Shown here in pieces: positions 51,354 to 64,000 of a stretch of 64,000 nt of DNA; positions within the stretch are counted from its first letter, which is position 1, and every line of letters starts with the position of its first letter. The stretch is from Eledone cirrhosa (lineage: Eukaryota), in contig OZ024745.1 in NCBI GenBank assembly GCA_964016885.1, positions 81,902,001 to 81,966,000 of the forward strand, given 5' to 3'. Both the position numbers and the translations under genes were made by a program. Under the pieces are notes generated by a model that was not told the DNA's origin, did not search any database, and saw nothing but the letters and a program-made list of their open reading frames with translations.

Positions 51354-52024
51354 TCTATATATCTAAAATAGAGAATGTCTGTCTGTCTGACTCCCTAAAA
51401 CTCGAGAACCACCCAACCGATTTTTTTCAAACTCTACACATGTAATACTTAGTGTCGTGTGAGTGTTTTGAGCAAAAAATGTTTCAAATTTTCAATGCCC
51501 TAGGCCGTATTAGGCGCCAGTAACGATCTCTCTCTGTCTTTTTAGATAGATACATAGCTATGATGCTGCGTCCTTATAATATCTGCATTACGACATTATC
51601 TCTGTGTGTGTGTATATATATAGTGTGTGTGTACATATATATATAATGTGTAACGTTTTTCGAAATATTTACTTCTGCATTCACAGATTGATTTTTTTAG
51701 TTTCAGAAGATCCAGTTAAGGGTATAAGCAGCGATTCTTTGCTTAAACTTTAATCTGTTATTTTAATATATAATTATATATTCGTGTACAGATATTTTTG
51801 CATACATAATAACAAAATATAAACAAACGTATTTATTTCACAAGGCTCGACAGCAGTAAGAACAAAAAAGAGAAAATTATTTGACTATTCACCCAAGGTG
51901 ACTTCACTTTTTATTAGGACTTCTGCATCAATTGGTGAACATAGGACAAAACTGTTTCAGAAAGGAGGAATAAACATGCCAATCTATGTTTAGAATCCCA
52001 AGTAATGCTGGGCCATTCTGCTAG
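51354..52024 (+). mobile_element. Non-autonomous Helitron-like element
   Basis: 5' TCTATATATCTAAAA and (GTCT)n. 3' hairpin CCCAAGTAATGCTGGG then CTAG|T. Confidence 0.65.
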
Positions 52025-52520
52025 TTATATATATATATGTCAGTGTATATTTTTTTTAATATATTTACTTCCTTGTCCGTATTCCTTATCTCTAATTTCT
52101 TTATAAGTATACACACACATAAATTTGCATGGAACATTGTGTGCATGTTATAAATGCGTTTATATGTATGTACGTATTATTTTTTATATGTATGTCAGTT
52201 TATATATTGTGTGTATGTGTATGTGTGTGAATGTGTATATATATGTATGTACATGTGTATATATATGTAATTGCGTGTGTATGCATGTGTGTATATATAT
52301 ATATACACACTTATGCATGTGTGTTTGTATGTATGTGCATGTATGTGTATATATATATATATATGTGTATATATATGCATATATGTGTATGTATGTTTAT
52401 ATATGTATGTGTATATTTATGTATATACATATATATATAGATATGTTTGTGTATATATACATATGTATGTATATGTGAGTGTATCTATATATGTGTGTTT
52501 GTGTGAGTGTATATATATAT

Positions 52521-55210
52521 ATCATCATCATCACTGTTTTACGTCCGTTCTTCCACACTAGCATGGGTTAGACGGGTTTCCTGTTGTGGGCAGTAGCCGG
52601 TCGGCTGATCTTGTCTTGCTCATACGGGAACTGATTCTGGCTTGATTTCTATAGCTGGATGCCCTTCCTAACACCAACCTTATTTAGAGTGAGTGCTGGG
52701 TGCTTTTTTTCCGTGGCGCCTACACGTCTACTTTACAGTGTGGGCTGGGTGCTTTTTTGCCGTGGCACCTCCACGACCACAGTGGGCGCACATTGTCTAA
52801 ATGCTTCAGCTTCGGCTTGTACCCATTGGGGGTCGGGTCTTCTGTATTACTGCGTGACGCCAGAGGTCACGGTTGTGTGTCATCACCTTTGAGAGGTGTA
52901 ATTGGGTAAGGTCGGCTTTTATCACCTCATCCCAGGTCTTCTTGGGTCTCTCCACTTCGCGGCTTCCATCAACTTTTTAGCAGTATTAGTTGTAGATGCT
53001 ATCGCCACTTTAGCAGGGTGGTAGAATCAGTGGTCGTCACTTTAACAGGGTAGATGATTGAAGGTCGTTAGTTGCCAGTGTGGTAAGTGATAGTATCCTC
53101 GTTGGATTATCTTGTTGACATAGACGTGAGGGAAGGTCCCTCGATCTATTTACCATCTATTTACAATATTCCTTTCGTCAGGTCGCCAATTCCAGCAGCA
53201 TGGATTAAAGATGTTATTGAGACATGAGTAACATAATAACGACTTCAACCGCAGTAATTAGAGATGAAATGTTTGTTTATTTATATGGTTGAAGTTACAG
53301 ATAAAAAGAGGTTACAATAGGGAATGTGCCATTGCACCGTTAAGCCGGCGAGGCTAGGGGTGCAATATCTCACTGCTACATTATGCGTGTTGCTGGCTCG
53401 AAGTTTCTGGTACAAGTGTGAGATTCTTCAAATCTTCGCGGGGAATTTCTTCCTCAGGGCGCGTAGGGATACATCCTCTTCTACTGGCGCTGATTGGCTG
53501 AACTGAGCCAAATCACGCACAGAGAATGTATGTGAGCCCGCGGAATGTAGGTTACTACAACTTCTAGTGCTCTGCACCCTTTTTATGCAGCTGTCACCCT
53601 TCATATGCATCACATGTCCATACCAAGGCAACCTCCTCTCCTGCACACAGCATTTGATTCCTCTTATGCTCAGTCTCTCTCTCAATTCGTTTATGCTTTG
53701 CTGTTCGCGTATATTACTATTACACATCCATCGGAGCATGCAGGCTTTGTTTCTTTCTAATCTACGCAAGTCTTCTACAGACAGCGCCAAGGTCTCACTA
53801 CCATGTAACACTGCTGTTCGTATACATACATCATAGTCTGCCCTTCATTTTGAGGGAAAAGCCTTTAGCAGCTAGCAGTGGCAGTAGCTCCCTGAACTTC
53901 TTCCATCCCGTTCTTACCCTAGTTATTATACTTTCCAAACACCCACCTTCGCTGCTAATTCGGTCACCTATGTAGCAGAAGTTGTCTACTGTTTCTACAG
54001 AGCCCTCCCAGATTTTGATGGTGCTTGTTTCCTGTGGCTGTTTGCTGCTTGCTGTCCCAGCGCAGCTGCTACATGTGAAGCCTACATTCTTAGTTAAGCT
54101 TCCCGAGATCCCACTACATCTCTTGTGTACCCATTGTTTGCATTTGGGGCAGAGGATGCAGTTCCTACCTACTGAACAAGGCCATTTCCCTGAGGGGATC
54201 TGGGTTCTGTTTTCTTGTCTACTTACAAGGACCTTAGTCTTTGAGACCCTTTCTTACTAGTCCCTGCTTCCATGTTTGGAATTTCTTCTCTAGTTCTACC
54301 ATAGATTCAGCTTTAAGTGCGAGGTCATCTGTATACAGGAGTTCCCATGGGCATTCCAGTCTTAAAGTCCTCCGTTATTGCCTGCAAAACTATGATGAAC
54401 AGGAGAGGGCTAAGAACAGAGCCCTGGTGGACACCAACCTGTATGCTAAATACCATGCTATAGTCATTGCTAATCCTATCTTAGCTGACTGCTTCCCTAT
54501 ACATGGCTTGTACAGCTTTCACAAGCCATTCATCTACTCCTAGTTTTCTAAGAGCCCACCGGATTATAGCACGGGGAACTCTGTCAAAGGCTTTCTCAAG
54601 ATCGACGAATGCCAGGTAGAGCGGCTTACTTTTAGCTAGGTGCTTTTCCTGTAGCTGCCTCACAAGGAAGAGGGCATCAGTGGGGCCTTTTCCTGGCACA
54701 AACCCAAATTGCATCTCATCTAGTTTCACCCGGTCCCTAATCAACTGTGCTATAACTCTTTCTGTTACTTTCATGACCTGGTCCATCAGTTTTATACCTC
54801 TATAGTTTCCTCTATCTAGTGCATCACCTTTACCCTTGTGGCAGTTGACAATGATGCTGCTGCACCAATCTTTTGGTATGATACCTTCTAGTATTACCTG
54901 GTTAACAATACATGTGGTTATGGTGTGACCTACTGACCCAGATGCCTTCAGCATCTTGGCAGCTATACCCGATGGACCGGTTGCCTTCCCCATCTTCATA
55001 TCTTTGATTGCCTTACTTACTATGCTGCTGCTGACTTGTACTGCTGGCCTCACTATAGGGTCTACTTGGGGTAGGGTCTCTTCCTCCCATGCATTCTCCT
55101 CATTTAGTAATCTTTCATAATGGCTCTTCCACACATCTTTCTTCTCAACACTTGTGAGGGCAAGCTCACCTTTATCATTCCGGATACACTTCTCTCCAAT
55201 GACATCACAA
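52521..55210 (-). mobile_element. RTE-clade LINE, 5'-truncated and disrupted, with (TGA)n tail
   Basis: RT motifs NYRGIKLM, QFGFVPGKG and AFVDLEKAFDRVPR. C-terminal LHGSET...RRL.WYGHV. Interrupted at 52976-53559. Confidence 0.9.
52976..53559. mobile_element. Probable solo LTR (584 bp) nested in the RTE LINE
   Basis: Flanked by an ACTT duplication (52972-52975 / 53560-53563). Ends are T(T)TAGCAG...TTACTACA, i.e. TG..CA with one change. The uninterrupted RTE copy near 61005 reads ccatcaacttctagtgc. Confidence 0.6.
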
Positions 55211-55710
55211 TTCTCTCTATATATATTTCTAGTTTCATCCTCTTATGTAATTATTTGTTTTTTTGTCCAACACTGTGTTTATGTATAAGTTGCGCGAGTG
55301 CGCAAACGACGTGTGTTCGTAGTTAAACCTTACTATATTTATCTGATTTTTTTTTTTTTTTTGCCTGTCTGGTTATTTGGATACTTACATCCTAAATTGC
55401 GTTTATGTTTGTATCTTTTATATGTGTATGTATGTATGTGATTGTATGTGTGCGTATGTGTATATATATATATGTGTGTGCGTGTGTGTGTATGTATGTA
55501 TATGTGTGTGCATGTATGTATGTTTATGTGTATGTATGTGTGTGAGTATAAGTATATGTGTGGGCAGATGCTTATATATGTATTATTTTTTCCCCATAAC
55601 CTTACGTTCTATTTTTCCCGTTATTTTATTTTATATTATATATCAGCCTCGCTTTCAATTGTTTTAGCCTTTGTTTTTAAATTCATATCTTATGTCCATA
55701 TTAAATAAAA

Positions 55711-55783
55711 TTTCATTCTGATGAGTGATTTCAGATGTCTATGTCGAGCTCATCTGTCTTCGTGAAACCTCTGGTAAATGGAA
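55711..55783 (+). ncRNA. Type I hammerhead motif, family 1, within a pLTR-like repeat extending to about 55878
   Basis: UUUCAUU-CUGAUGA-stem II (CAGAUG/CAUCUG)-GAAA-CC UCU GG-UA^-AAUGGAA. Confidence 0.75.
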
Positions 55784-57583
55784 TAATTGTCTTATGTTGT
55801 TTATTATATCACTAAACAACTCTGTAGCTTACATAGAGCACTCTCCTTTCCTTTACCCTTCCTATGGAAATACTTAATATATATAATGTATGTACACACA
55901 GACAATTCCTGGCTTATGAACAAGTTCCATTTTGGAAAGACACTGGCTATTCTTTTCAAATAATTTTGAAAATAGTGAAGAATTAAAAGAATTTAGTAAT
56001 GCAGCTAAACTTTACTTAACAAAAAATTTGACGAGTACTAGGTAGTTGATATCAAAAGGGATAAACAGTTTGGAAATTCTTTGTTGAGCTGAAATATCAC
56101 TAAAAATGCAAAATATTTTGATGTGTGTTGCAAAGTAGTCTACTTATTTGTTCTTACTCTTGTATGTTTAGCAGAAGTTGGTTGTTAACCAGGGTTTTGC
56201 TATGTAAAGGAAGTTAGACTCACTAAATCATCATGTGACAAAAAAAAAAAAACAAGCTTTATCAAAAATACTGGTATAAATGCTTCTCATCAGTAGGAAA
56301 ATATATATAAGCAAAATCATGGACATGTTATTGATGCTCAAATTTTCCATCATGGTGATCATCTGAAATATATAAAAAATATTAGTTTTCATTATAATCT
56401 TGGTCATATCTGGAATGAATATATTATAATATATTATTTGGAATCTCTTGGTTCTAACAGAGAAAATAACCTTAAAACACTTGGTGTATGTGTCTGTATA
56501 TATATATGTATATACAGACTGAAAAAACATATACACATGTGTATACAAATGATACAACCAGTAGTCTCTATCGTTAAAATTTTCCATGAATTATGACCTC
56601 ATAAGAAGCTAGCTGAAGTTATAAAGGTGTTGGCTGTAAATTTCATCTCATATGAAATATATATTAGATTTATCAATACAGATAAAGGATGTTACAGATG
56701 CTTTTGAAAAGTATGCATTTCTCATGCAGAATTGAATTATGTGAGCTGCACGAAAACATGCAATTGGTGAAGTTTGTGTGTAAACTTGATCTACATTATT
56801 GTTGACTCTATATGGCTGTTCAAGGCTGGCGTTATTAGTCATCATATTGATAGACAAAACATTGACTGTAAGATGTTTATGACATAAGACAATGCAATGA
56901 CCTTTCGTTAGTAGGCTGCAATTCTATTACATTTCTAAAAAATATTCAAAGAATTAATGGTTTCTGACATAGTCACAACTCAAGAAATTTTGAGCAGGAA
57001 GGGAAGTCGATTATACGACCCCAGAAGGATAAAAGGCAAAGTTGACTGTGGCAGGATTTGAACTTGTAGTGACCTATACGTTCCTAGGGCTCATAGAAAC
57101 TCAACACATAAAGGGCTGTAACTATATCCTGCAAAACATGGTGTCTGATGCTCTACCAATTCTGGCAATCCACCATATTTTATTCAAAGAAATAATTGTT
57201 TCTGCTTTTGGCACAAGGCCAGCAATTACCCAGTGCATTACTAGTACTTTATTTTATCGACCCCATAAGGATGAAAGGCAAAGTTAACCTCAGCGGGATT
57301 TGAACTCAGATCATAAAGGGAGGTAACTCTATGCTTCAAAGCATGGCGTCCGACCCTCTACCGATACTGCCAATCCACAAAAGGAACTTCTTTATCTTTT
57401 CTTCAATCTAGTAGAATCCAAGTTTTCATTGGAACCAAGAAAGGAGTCTTTACATGGTGATTCAACCTGCTAGAGAAAGCAGCCAAATCTCTCTCAAATT
57501 ACGCCTACTATCTTAAATAAAGAATGGTATATATATATATATATAATATATAAGAACAAAAGATGGTTAAAAGAGTTCCATGT

Positions 57584-57652
57584 ATTTTATTATGCGCATT
57601 TCAAAAACAAATATCATCATGCAATAATATTTGTGTTTTCATCAGATAAAAC
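57584..57652 (-). ncRNA. Minimal type I hammerhead ribozyme in the PLE pLTR
   Basis: Minus strand reads GUUUUAU-CUGAUGA-stem II (ACAAAUAUU/GAUAUUUGU)-GAAA-UGCGCA (palindromic stem III)-UA^-AUAAAAU. Confidence 0.85.
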
Positions 57653-58581
57653 AGGAAGACATGATATGAAGGTTAAAAAAAAAACACTTGTGGATAGTGC
57701 AGTTTTAAATCAACATATGAAAAGTAGTTTTAGATTGATGTGTGATATTGGCAAAAATATTTTATTTTGAGGGGGGTGGGGTGGAAAGGATGAAAAAGAG
57801 GAGGAGATGAGAGTAAAAAGTGGAGAGGGAGGAGTATAATGAGGAAGGATGAGATAGGAGGAGAGATGGGTGATAGAGAGAGAGAGATAGCTTTTATAAC
57901 TGAGAAAAATATATTGTTTTACATAGAGAGGTTGAAAACCGTTGGAAGATAATGTATAAATTAAAAGAATTTGAAAATTAACGAAGAGAAAAATAATGTA
58001 AAGTTAAGGTTTGTATATTGAAGGGTTTAATAATATGTGCGATGAAAAGAAAATGTTAATATGTATTAAGAATAATATTTAAGGGTTTAATAATATGTGC
58101 GATGGAAAGAAAAAGTTAATATGTATTAAGAATAATATTTAAGGGTTTAATAATATGTGCGATGGAAAGAAAATGTTGATATGTATTATTAAAGTAAGGA
58201 TATGTTGTGAGATGAGCATGAATAAGTTAGATGAAAGGGAGAAAAAAATAATGAATTGAGGATGAATAATCTAACGTCAAAAAAATGTTTATGTTTATGA
58301 AGGATTTTTACAAGGTGATATAGAGTAAGAATGTATTGTATTATGTAATAATTGTTTCTATGTTAGGCAACAGTGAGAAAAGGTACAGATTAGGGGTTAG
58401 ACATTAAAAGAAAAAGAGAAGAAAGGGAAGTGATAAATATGAGTGATATAGAATGAGTAACAAGTATTATATAATGTATAATAAATAACTTTGAAATAAG
58501 GTAGAAAGATGGGTATATTTTTAAAGAAGTATATATATATGCCTTTGAGAAAAAGATTCTAAATTGATAAAGTTTTGGATA

Positions 58582-60262
58582 TTAGCTGTATACTTTGTGG
58601 AATGTTTTGTGGAATTTATGCAAGCAGATAGAGAACAAGTCAGTGCGTCTATTTATTATAGAATCTAAATTAGATATAATGGTAAATTTTTCATTTAGAC
58701 AGAGATTGCAAATCTTGGATAGAGAACTGTTCAAGTATGGAGACGCAGAAGAAACCTTCTTCCAAAAGATGCTATATTTAATATTTTTGTCTTTCAAGGA
58801 CCATATGAGTTCTGAGAGAGCCGTGTTGGTTCTTTTAAGTTTGTATTTAAAAGACGAATGATGGTTATAAAGACGAGCTTTAAAGGAGGTGGAAGTGGAG
58901 CCAAAATAGGTGAAGGAATTGGTGTCAGTTATAACTTTACATTCGTAAATTAAGTTTTTATCAAGACAATGGTTGTTGAGAGGACATTTATTTTTAACAG
59001 GGCAATTGCAATTGCGATTAGAGAGATTATTAACGAGTGACCTAGTGTTATCTATAGAAGGAATTGGATTGGAGAAGTTATTTGCGATAGGAATAATAGT
59101 TTCTTGATTTAGAATGGGATTAAGAACATTTAGCAAAGTTGTGTTTGACGTTGTATTTGGGTTTGCAGAAATTAGCCTAGAGTTTACAATGACGTCGGGA
59201 GTACTATTACTATTATTATGATATTCAGTGTTGGAAGGAAGAGATTTAGTATTTAGTATTTTATTGTTGTGTTTAGAGATAATGTTGGAAATGTTGGAGG
59301 ATGTTGAATAGGAAAATTTTATAGTGTGTTTGTTAAATATTTTACTATAGATATGTGAGGGAGGGAAGCATTTATTTAAGGCACTAAAGAATAATTTAGG
59401 AATATTATTATTAATAGAGATGGAGAAAGGAGCATTATACCAGATTATGTTTTTGTATCTAGGTCTTTAAAGTTATTGGAATGATCATGATTAATTATTC
59501 TACTGTAAGATCTTCTAGAATTTGTTTCTTTACTATATTTGATTTTATCAGGATAGCCGGCTTTAGAAAGCGCGTTGTTATAGTAATTGGCGTTAGCATC
59601 AATGATGTTTTTATTAGAAGATAGGTTAGATATTCTTTTTCCAATATTACTAACTATAGCATTCTTGATATTAGTAGGATGGTTAGATTTAAAGTTAACA
59701 TAATTTAGGTTCTCGTTGTTTTTATGGTAAGGGTAATATAGGCCAGTGTCAAGATTAAGAGATACATCCAAGAAATTAGCTAGTTTGATGCTGTTATCAA
59801 ATTCAATTTTTAGGTTATGTTGGTTAAAGAGATTACGTATATTGTTCTTAATAATATTAAGGTTAACTATGTTGCAATTTAAGATAGTAAAGAGTCCATC
59901 GTCACGATAAATTCCACCGTGAAGTTGAGGAATTTTCCGACTCAAAGAGTTCAAAATAAAGATACCAATTAAATCTGTCAATTGGGATGAATCGGATGCT
60001 CCCATTGTGATGTCGAAATTGTTAGAGGTATCGGCTCTGGTCCAATATTCATTGTTGAACTCTAGGATGGTTTTACGTGCGGTGAGAATGATGTGAAGTT
60101 CATCTGTGGTGATGTCAGAATATTTAAGTGCGAAAGATAGAGCATTATTGAGAAGTGAAGGCGAAATAGAAGAATAGTAGCTGGCAATATCAAATTGAAC
60201 AAATTTTAGTTTGTTTTTATTATTCAATTTGTTGAACCAGCCAATCCCTTCAGAAGTACCAA
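58582..60262 (-). pseudogene. Disrupted PLE RT-GIY-YIG ORF with two frameshifts (near 59460 and 59360)
   Basis: The linker segments KNIIWYNAPFS and HIYSKIFNKHTIKFSYS lie in different frames. The N-terminus is replaced by the inverted pLTR copy. Confidence 0.8.
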
Positions 60263-60540
60263 ACCATTCTATATCACTCATATTTATCACTTCCCTTTCT
60301 TCTCTTTTTCTTTTAATGTCTAACCCCTAATCTGTACCTTTTCTCACTGTTGCCTAACATAGAAACAATTATTACATAATACAATACATTCTTACTCTAT
60401 ATCACCTTGTAAAAATCCTTCGTAAACATAAACATTTTTTTGACGTTAGATTATTCATCCTCAATTCATTATTTTTTTCTCCCTTTCATCTAACTTATTC
60501 ATGCTCATCTCAATATATCCTTACTTAAATTACCTGTTGT

Positions 60541-61270
60541 TCATCATCATCATCATCATCACCGTTTTACGTCCGTTCTTCCACGCTAGCATGGGTTAGA
60601 CGGGTTGTCCTGTTGTGGGCAGTGTCTGGTCGGCTGACCATGCCTTGCTCATACAGGAACTGATCTGGCTTGATTTCTACAGCTGGATGCCCTTCCTAAC
60701 ACCAACCTCATTTACAGTGAGTGCTGGGTGCTTTTTCGTGGCGCCTACACGTCCACTTTACAGTGTGGGCTGGGTGCTTTTTTTTTTGCCGTGGCACCTC
60801 CACGACCACCTTGCGGTGGGGGGGTGGGGGGGCATATTGTTTATATGCTTCAGCATGTACCCATGGGAGGTCGGGTACCCTGTATTACTGCGTGACGCCA
60901 GAAGTCACGGTCGTGTGTCATTGACTTTGAGAGGTGTAGTTGGGTAAGGTCGGCTTTTATCACCTCATCCCAAGTCATCTTGGGTCTCCCCACTCCGCGG
61001 TTTCCATCAACTTCTAGTGCTCTGCACCTTTTTATGCAGCTGTCATCCTTCATACGCATCACATGTCCATACCAGCGTAACTGCCTCTCCTGCACGCAGC
61101 ATTTGATTCCTCTTATGCTCAGTCTCTCTCTCAATTCCTTTATGCTTTGTCGTTCACGTATATTACTGTTACACATCCATCGGAGCATGCAGGCTTCGTT
61201 TCTCTCTAATCTACGTAAGTCTTCCACCTTCAGCGCCCAGGTCTCACTACCATGCAACATCGCTGTTCTT
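60541..61270 (-). mobile_element. RTE LINE 3' fragment inserted into the PLE inverted pLTR
   Basis: ORF LHGSETWALK...RQLRWYGHVMRM...RGVGRPKMTW, followed by the 3' UTR and (TGA)n tail. Confidence 0.9.
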
Positions 61271-61810
61271 TTTAATAATACATATCAACATTTTCTTTCC
61301 ATCGCACATATTATTAAACCCTTAAATATTATTCTTAATACATATTAACTTTTTCTTTCCATCGCACATATTATTAAACCCTTAAATATTATTCTTAATA
61401 CATATTAACATTTTCTTTTCATCGCACATATTATTAAACCCTTCAATATACAAACCTTAACTTTGCATTATTTTTCTCTTCGTTAATTTTCAAATTCTTT
61501 TAATTTATACATTATCTTCCAACGGCTTTCAACCTCTCTATGTAAAACAATATATTTTTCTCAGTTATAAAAGCTATCTCTCTCTCTCTATCACCCATCT
61601 CTCCTCCTATCTCATCCTTCCTCATTATATTCCTCCTTCTCCACTTTTTACTCTCATCTCCTCCTCTTTTTCATCTTTTCCACCCCACCCCCTCAAAATA
61701 AAATATTTTTCCCAATATCACACATCAATCTAAAATTACTTTTCATATGTTGATTTAAAACTGCACTATCCACAAGTGTTTTTTTTTTAACCTTCATATC
61801 ATGTCTTCCT

Positions 61811-61879
61811 GGTTTATCTAATGAAAACACAAATATTATTGCATGATGATATTTGTTTTTGAAATGCGCATAATAAAAT
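61811..61879 (+). ncRNA. Hammerhead copy in the inverted pLTR with core mutation CUAAUGA (G5A), probably inactive
   Basis: Same motif as 57584-57652 but with G>A at 61820 (plus one stem I change). Confidence 0.75.
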
Positions 61880-62003
61880 ACATGGAACTCTTTTAACCAT
61901 CTTTTGTTCTTATATATTATGTATACTCCAGTCCTACAAACTGTAGAGTGCTTCTTATCTGATATCTGCATTGCTTTATTGTACTACAATAAAACTCACC
62001 TCC

Positions 62004-62041
<38 letters not shown>

Positions 62042-62045
<4 letters not shown>

Positions 62046-63402
62046 GACAGGGGGGAAGAAAAAATGGTTTCACTTGTGCTTTCAACAAATTTATTTTCTT
62101 CACAAAATCCAAAAAGAATTTTTCTTAAAAATAATTATTTTATAAATTAAGTTGTTGGTTAGGTCTTAGGAGTTGTTGGTTAACATAGGAGGTATTGTTT
62201 CGTTTTTAGAAAGACCTTTCACGCTGAGGTGCGCTTGTCAAACTGATGTGTATGTGGTGTGTTGTTCTATATATAGGGATTTAACATGTCTGTGGTGTGG
62301 TGGGGGTTTCTTTTCTCCCCCTTTTAATAAGTGCATGGGTGTAGGTGTGTTGAAAAAGTGTTCATAGCAGTAATGAGTTGAGACGGTGAGTAGGGTTGGG
62401 TGGGGAGAAATGTAGCAAGTGCCCCGGTCATTCTCGAAAAATTCCTTTATTCAGGGGAAAAAGCTTTTCGCATGGCTTTTGTGTTGAGAATGGTCACAGG
62501 CAAATCGCACCTGTCAAGTTTGTGAATAATTATTTTTTTCTTCTTTTTTTCCTGAAGAATTTTTCGACGTCCATCCCAAAGTTAGTCCTTTGTTCAACAC
62601 ACACATATGTGGGCATATACGTACATACATGTGTATGTGTATGTGTATGTATATATATATATATATACCCATGTGGAGGTATGAGTACATATTCGTGTGT
62701 GTTTTTATATGTGTCTCTATATGTTTTTGTGTATGTATGTGGATGTATTTGTGCATGGGTGTGTGATTGATGGTGTGTGCCTATATATTCCTACATATGC
62801 CCGTGTGTGTATGTACGTATATGCCCACATATGTGTGTGTTGAACAAAGGACTAACTTTGGGATGGACGTCGAAAAATTCTTCAGGAAAAAAAGAAGAAA
62901 AAAATTATTATTCACAAACTTGACAGGTGCGATTTGCCTGTGACCATTCTCAACACAAAAGCAATGCTAAAAGCTTTTTCCCCTGAATAAAGGAATTTTT
63001 CGAGAATGACCGGGGCAGGCCGCACTTGCTACATTTCTCCCCACCCAACCCTACTCACCGTCTCAACTCATTACTGCTATGAACACTTTTTCAACACACC
63101 TACACCCATGCACTTATTAAAAGGGGGAGAAAAGAAACCCCCACCACACCACAGACATGTTAAATCCCTATATATAGACCAACACACCACATACACATCA
63201 GTTTGACAAGCGCACCTCAGCGTGAAAGGTCTTTCTAAAAACGAAACAATACCTCCTACGTTAACCAAGAACTCCTAAGACCTAACCAACAACTTAATTT
63301 ATAAAATAATTTTTTTTAAGAAAAATTCTTTTTGGATTTTGTGAAGAAAATAAATTTGTTGAAAGCACAAGTGAAGCCATTTTTTCTTCGCCCCTGTCTT
63401 AA
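62042..63402. mobile_element. Large foldback element with arms of about 590 bp (62042-62629 / 62808-63402) and a (TG/TA)-rich spacer
   Basis: Near-identical reverse-complement arms beginning next to (TA)n. No convincing ORF. Confidence 0.85.
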
Positions 63403-64000
63403 CATACCTAACTGTACCAAGGATTACACACATTTTCCAATATATATATAACTATGTATGTAGTCTTTGAGATACAAGATGATGATCAAGACTGGACTAT
63501 AATAGTGATCAGTCAGAGTTGACTTAAAACTAAACAATATCAAAAATCTTACTTTCTACTTCTTACGATTTTTCTTTACCAGTTCACAGTCTGGATAGTT
63601 CAAGGCATGTTCATGCATAGGTTTATCATGTACATTCCAGTTATTCAATGCTCCATCACAATAGTAACAAATAGTACGGTCATCAGGACCTGGAAAGAAG
63701 TTCATTGAAAATATGAAACCAATACATTTCTATAATGATATCTTCTAAATTACTACCCATGAACATACTCATGTGGTTTCAGGTTTGATCTCACAGTATA
63801 ATTTCTGAAGCAAGTCAGATTAAACTATGATAGATTCAACTTAAGTGACAATATCATAGTTAAGTAGCCCAACAAAAGTCTTAAATAACAATATCGTAGT
63901 TAGGCAGCTCAACAAAAGTCTTAAGTCACAACATCTATTTGTATATGCACAACAATTTATGTACATATTTTGTTTATCCCATATCGAACTTTAAAAAAAA

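Larger units (their letters stand above)
57543..60265 (-). mobile_element. Penelope-like retroelement, 5'-truncated, RT followed by C-terminal GIY-YIG endonuclease (possibly Nematis-like)
   Basis: RT motifs FDIASYYSSI, ITMGASDS and GGIYRDDGL (ORF 59445-60290). Endonuclease region CNC..CPL..HCL..NLIY...YFGST..FKARLYNH (ORF 58582-59136). 3' pLTR contains a hammerhead motif and abuts (TA)n. Confidence 0.9.
60266..61920 (+). repeat. Inverted copy of the PLE 3' UTR/pLTR (reverse complement of about 57543-58455), split by an RTE insertion
   Basis: 60266-60530 and 61270-61920 are reverse complements of about 58190-58455 and 57543-58193, including the 60-bp tandem array. Confidence 0.9.

Noticed and set aside
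52125-52561. Several overlapping ORFs rich in C/V/Y/M/I (also near 42195, 55377, 62396)
   Set aside because: They are translations of (TA)n/(TG)n low-complexity sequence.
59340-59470. Programmed readthrough or selenocysteine recoding in the PLE ORF
   Set aside because: The break is a TAA reached after a frameshift, followed by a second frameshift. This fits decay, not in-frame UGA recoding.
63198-63250. Hammerhead in the large foldback (TTGACAA-GCGC/GCGT-GAAA)
   Set aside because: Two core mismatches in both arms and no pairing stem I.

Overview
AT-rich, repeat-dense eukaryotic DNA, most likely from a coleoid cephalopod (octopus-like SINEs, RTE LINEs, Penelope-like elements and abundant (TA)n); the taxon is an inference. 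The only host gene I can support is the 3' end of a + strand myosin phosphatase targeting subunit (MYPT1/PPP1R12/Mbs family). It has three phase-0 exons (9112-9270, 9936-10082, 12413-12463) followed by two paralogous 87-nt stop-containing leucine-zipper exons (21491-21577 and 35950-36036). Mobile DNA includes a Penelope-like element (PLE; RT + GIY-YIG) with an inverted pLTR, several short PLE-type foldbacks carrying type I hammerhead ribozyme motifs (some on the sense strand of the host introns), RTE and CRE-like LINE fragments, a Tc1/mariner relic, a hAT MITE, a Helitron-like element, a probable solo LTR and many SINEs. A nearly TE-free block at about 44.1-48.0 kb carries three dispersed copies of a stem-loop with an invariant loop (GACAUGUUGG) and covarying stems that I do not recognise. 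All coordinates were read by eye and no searches were run.
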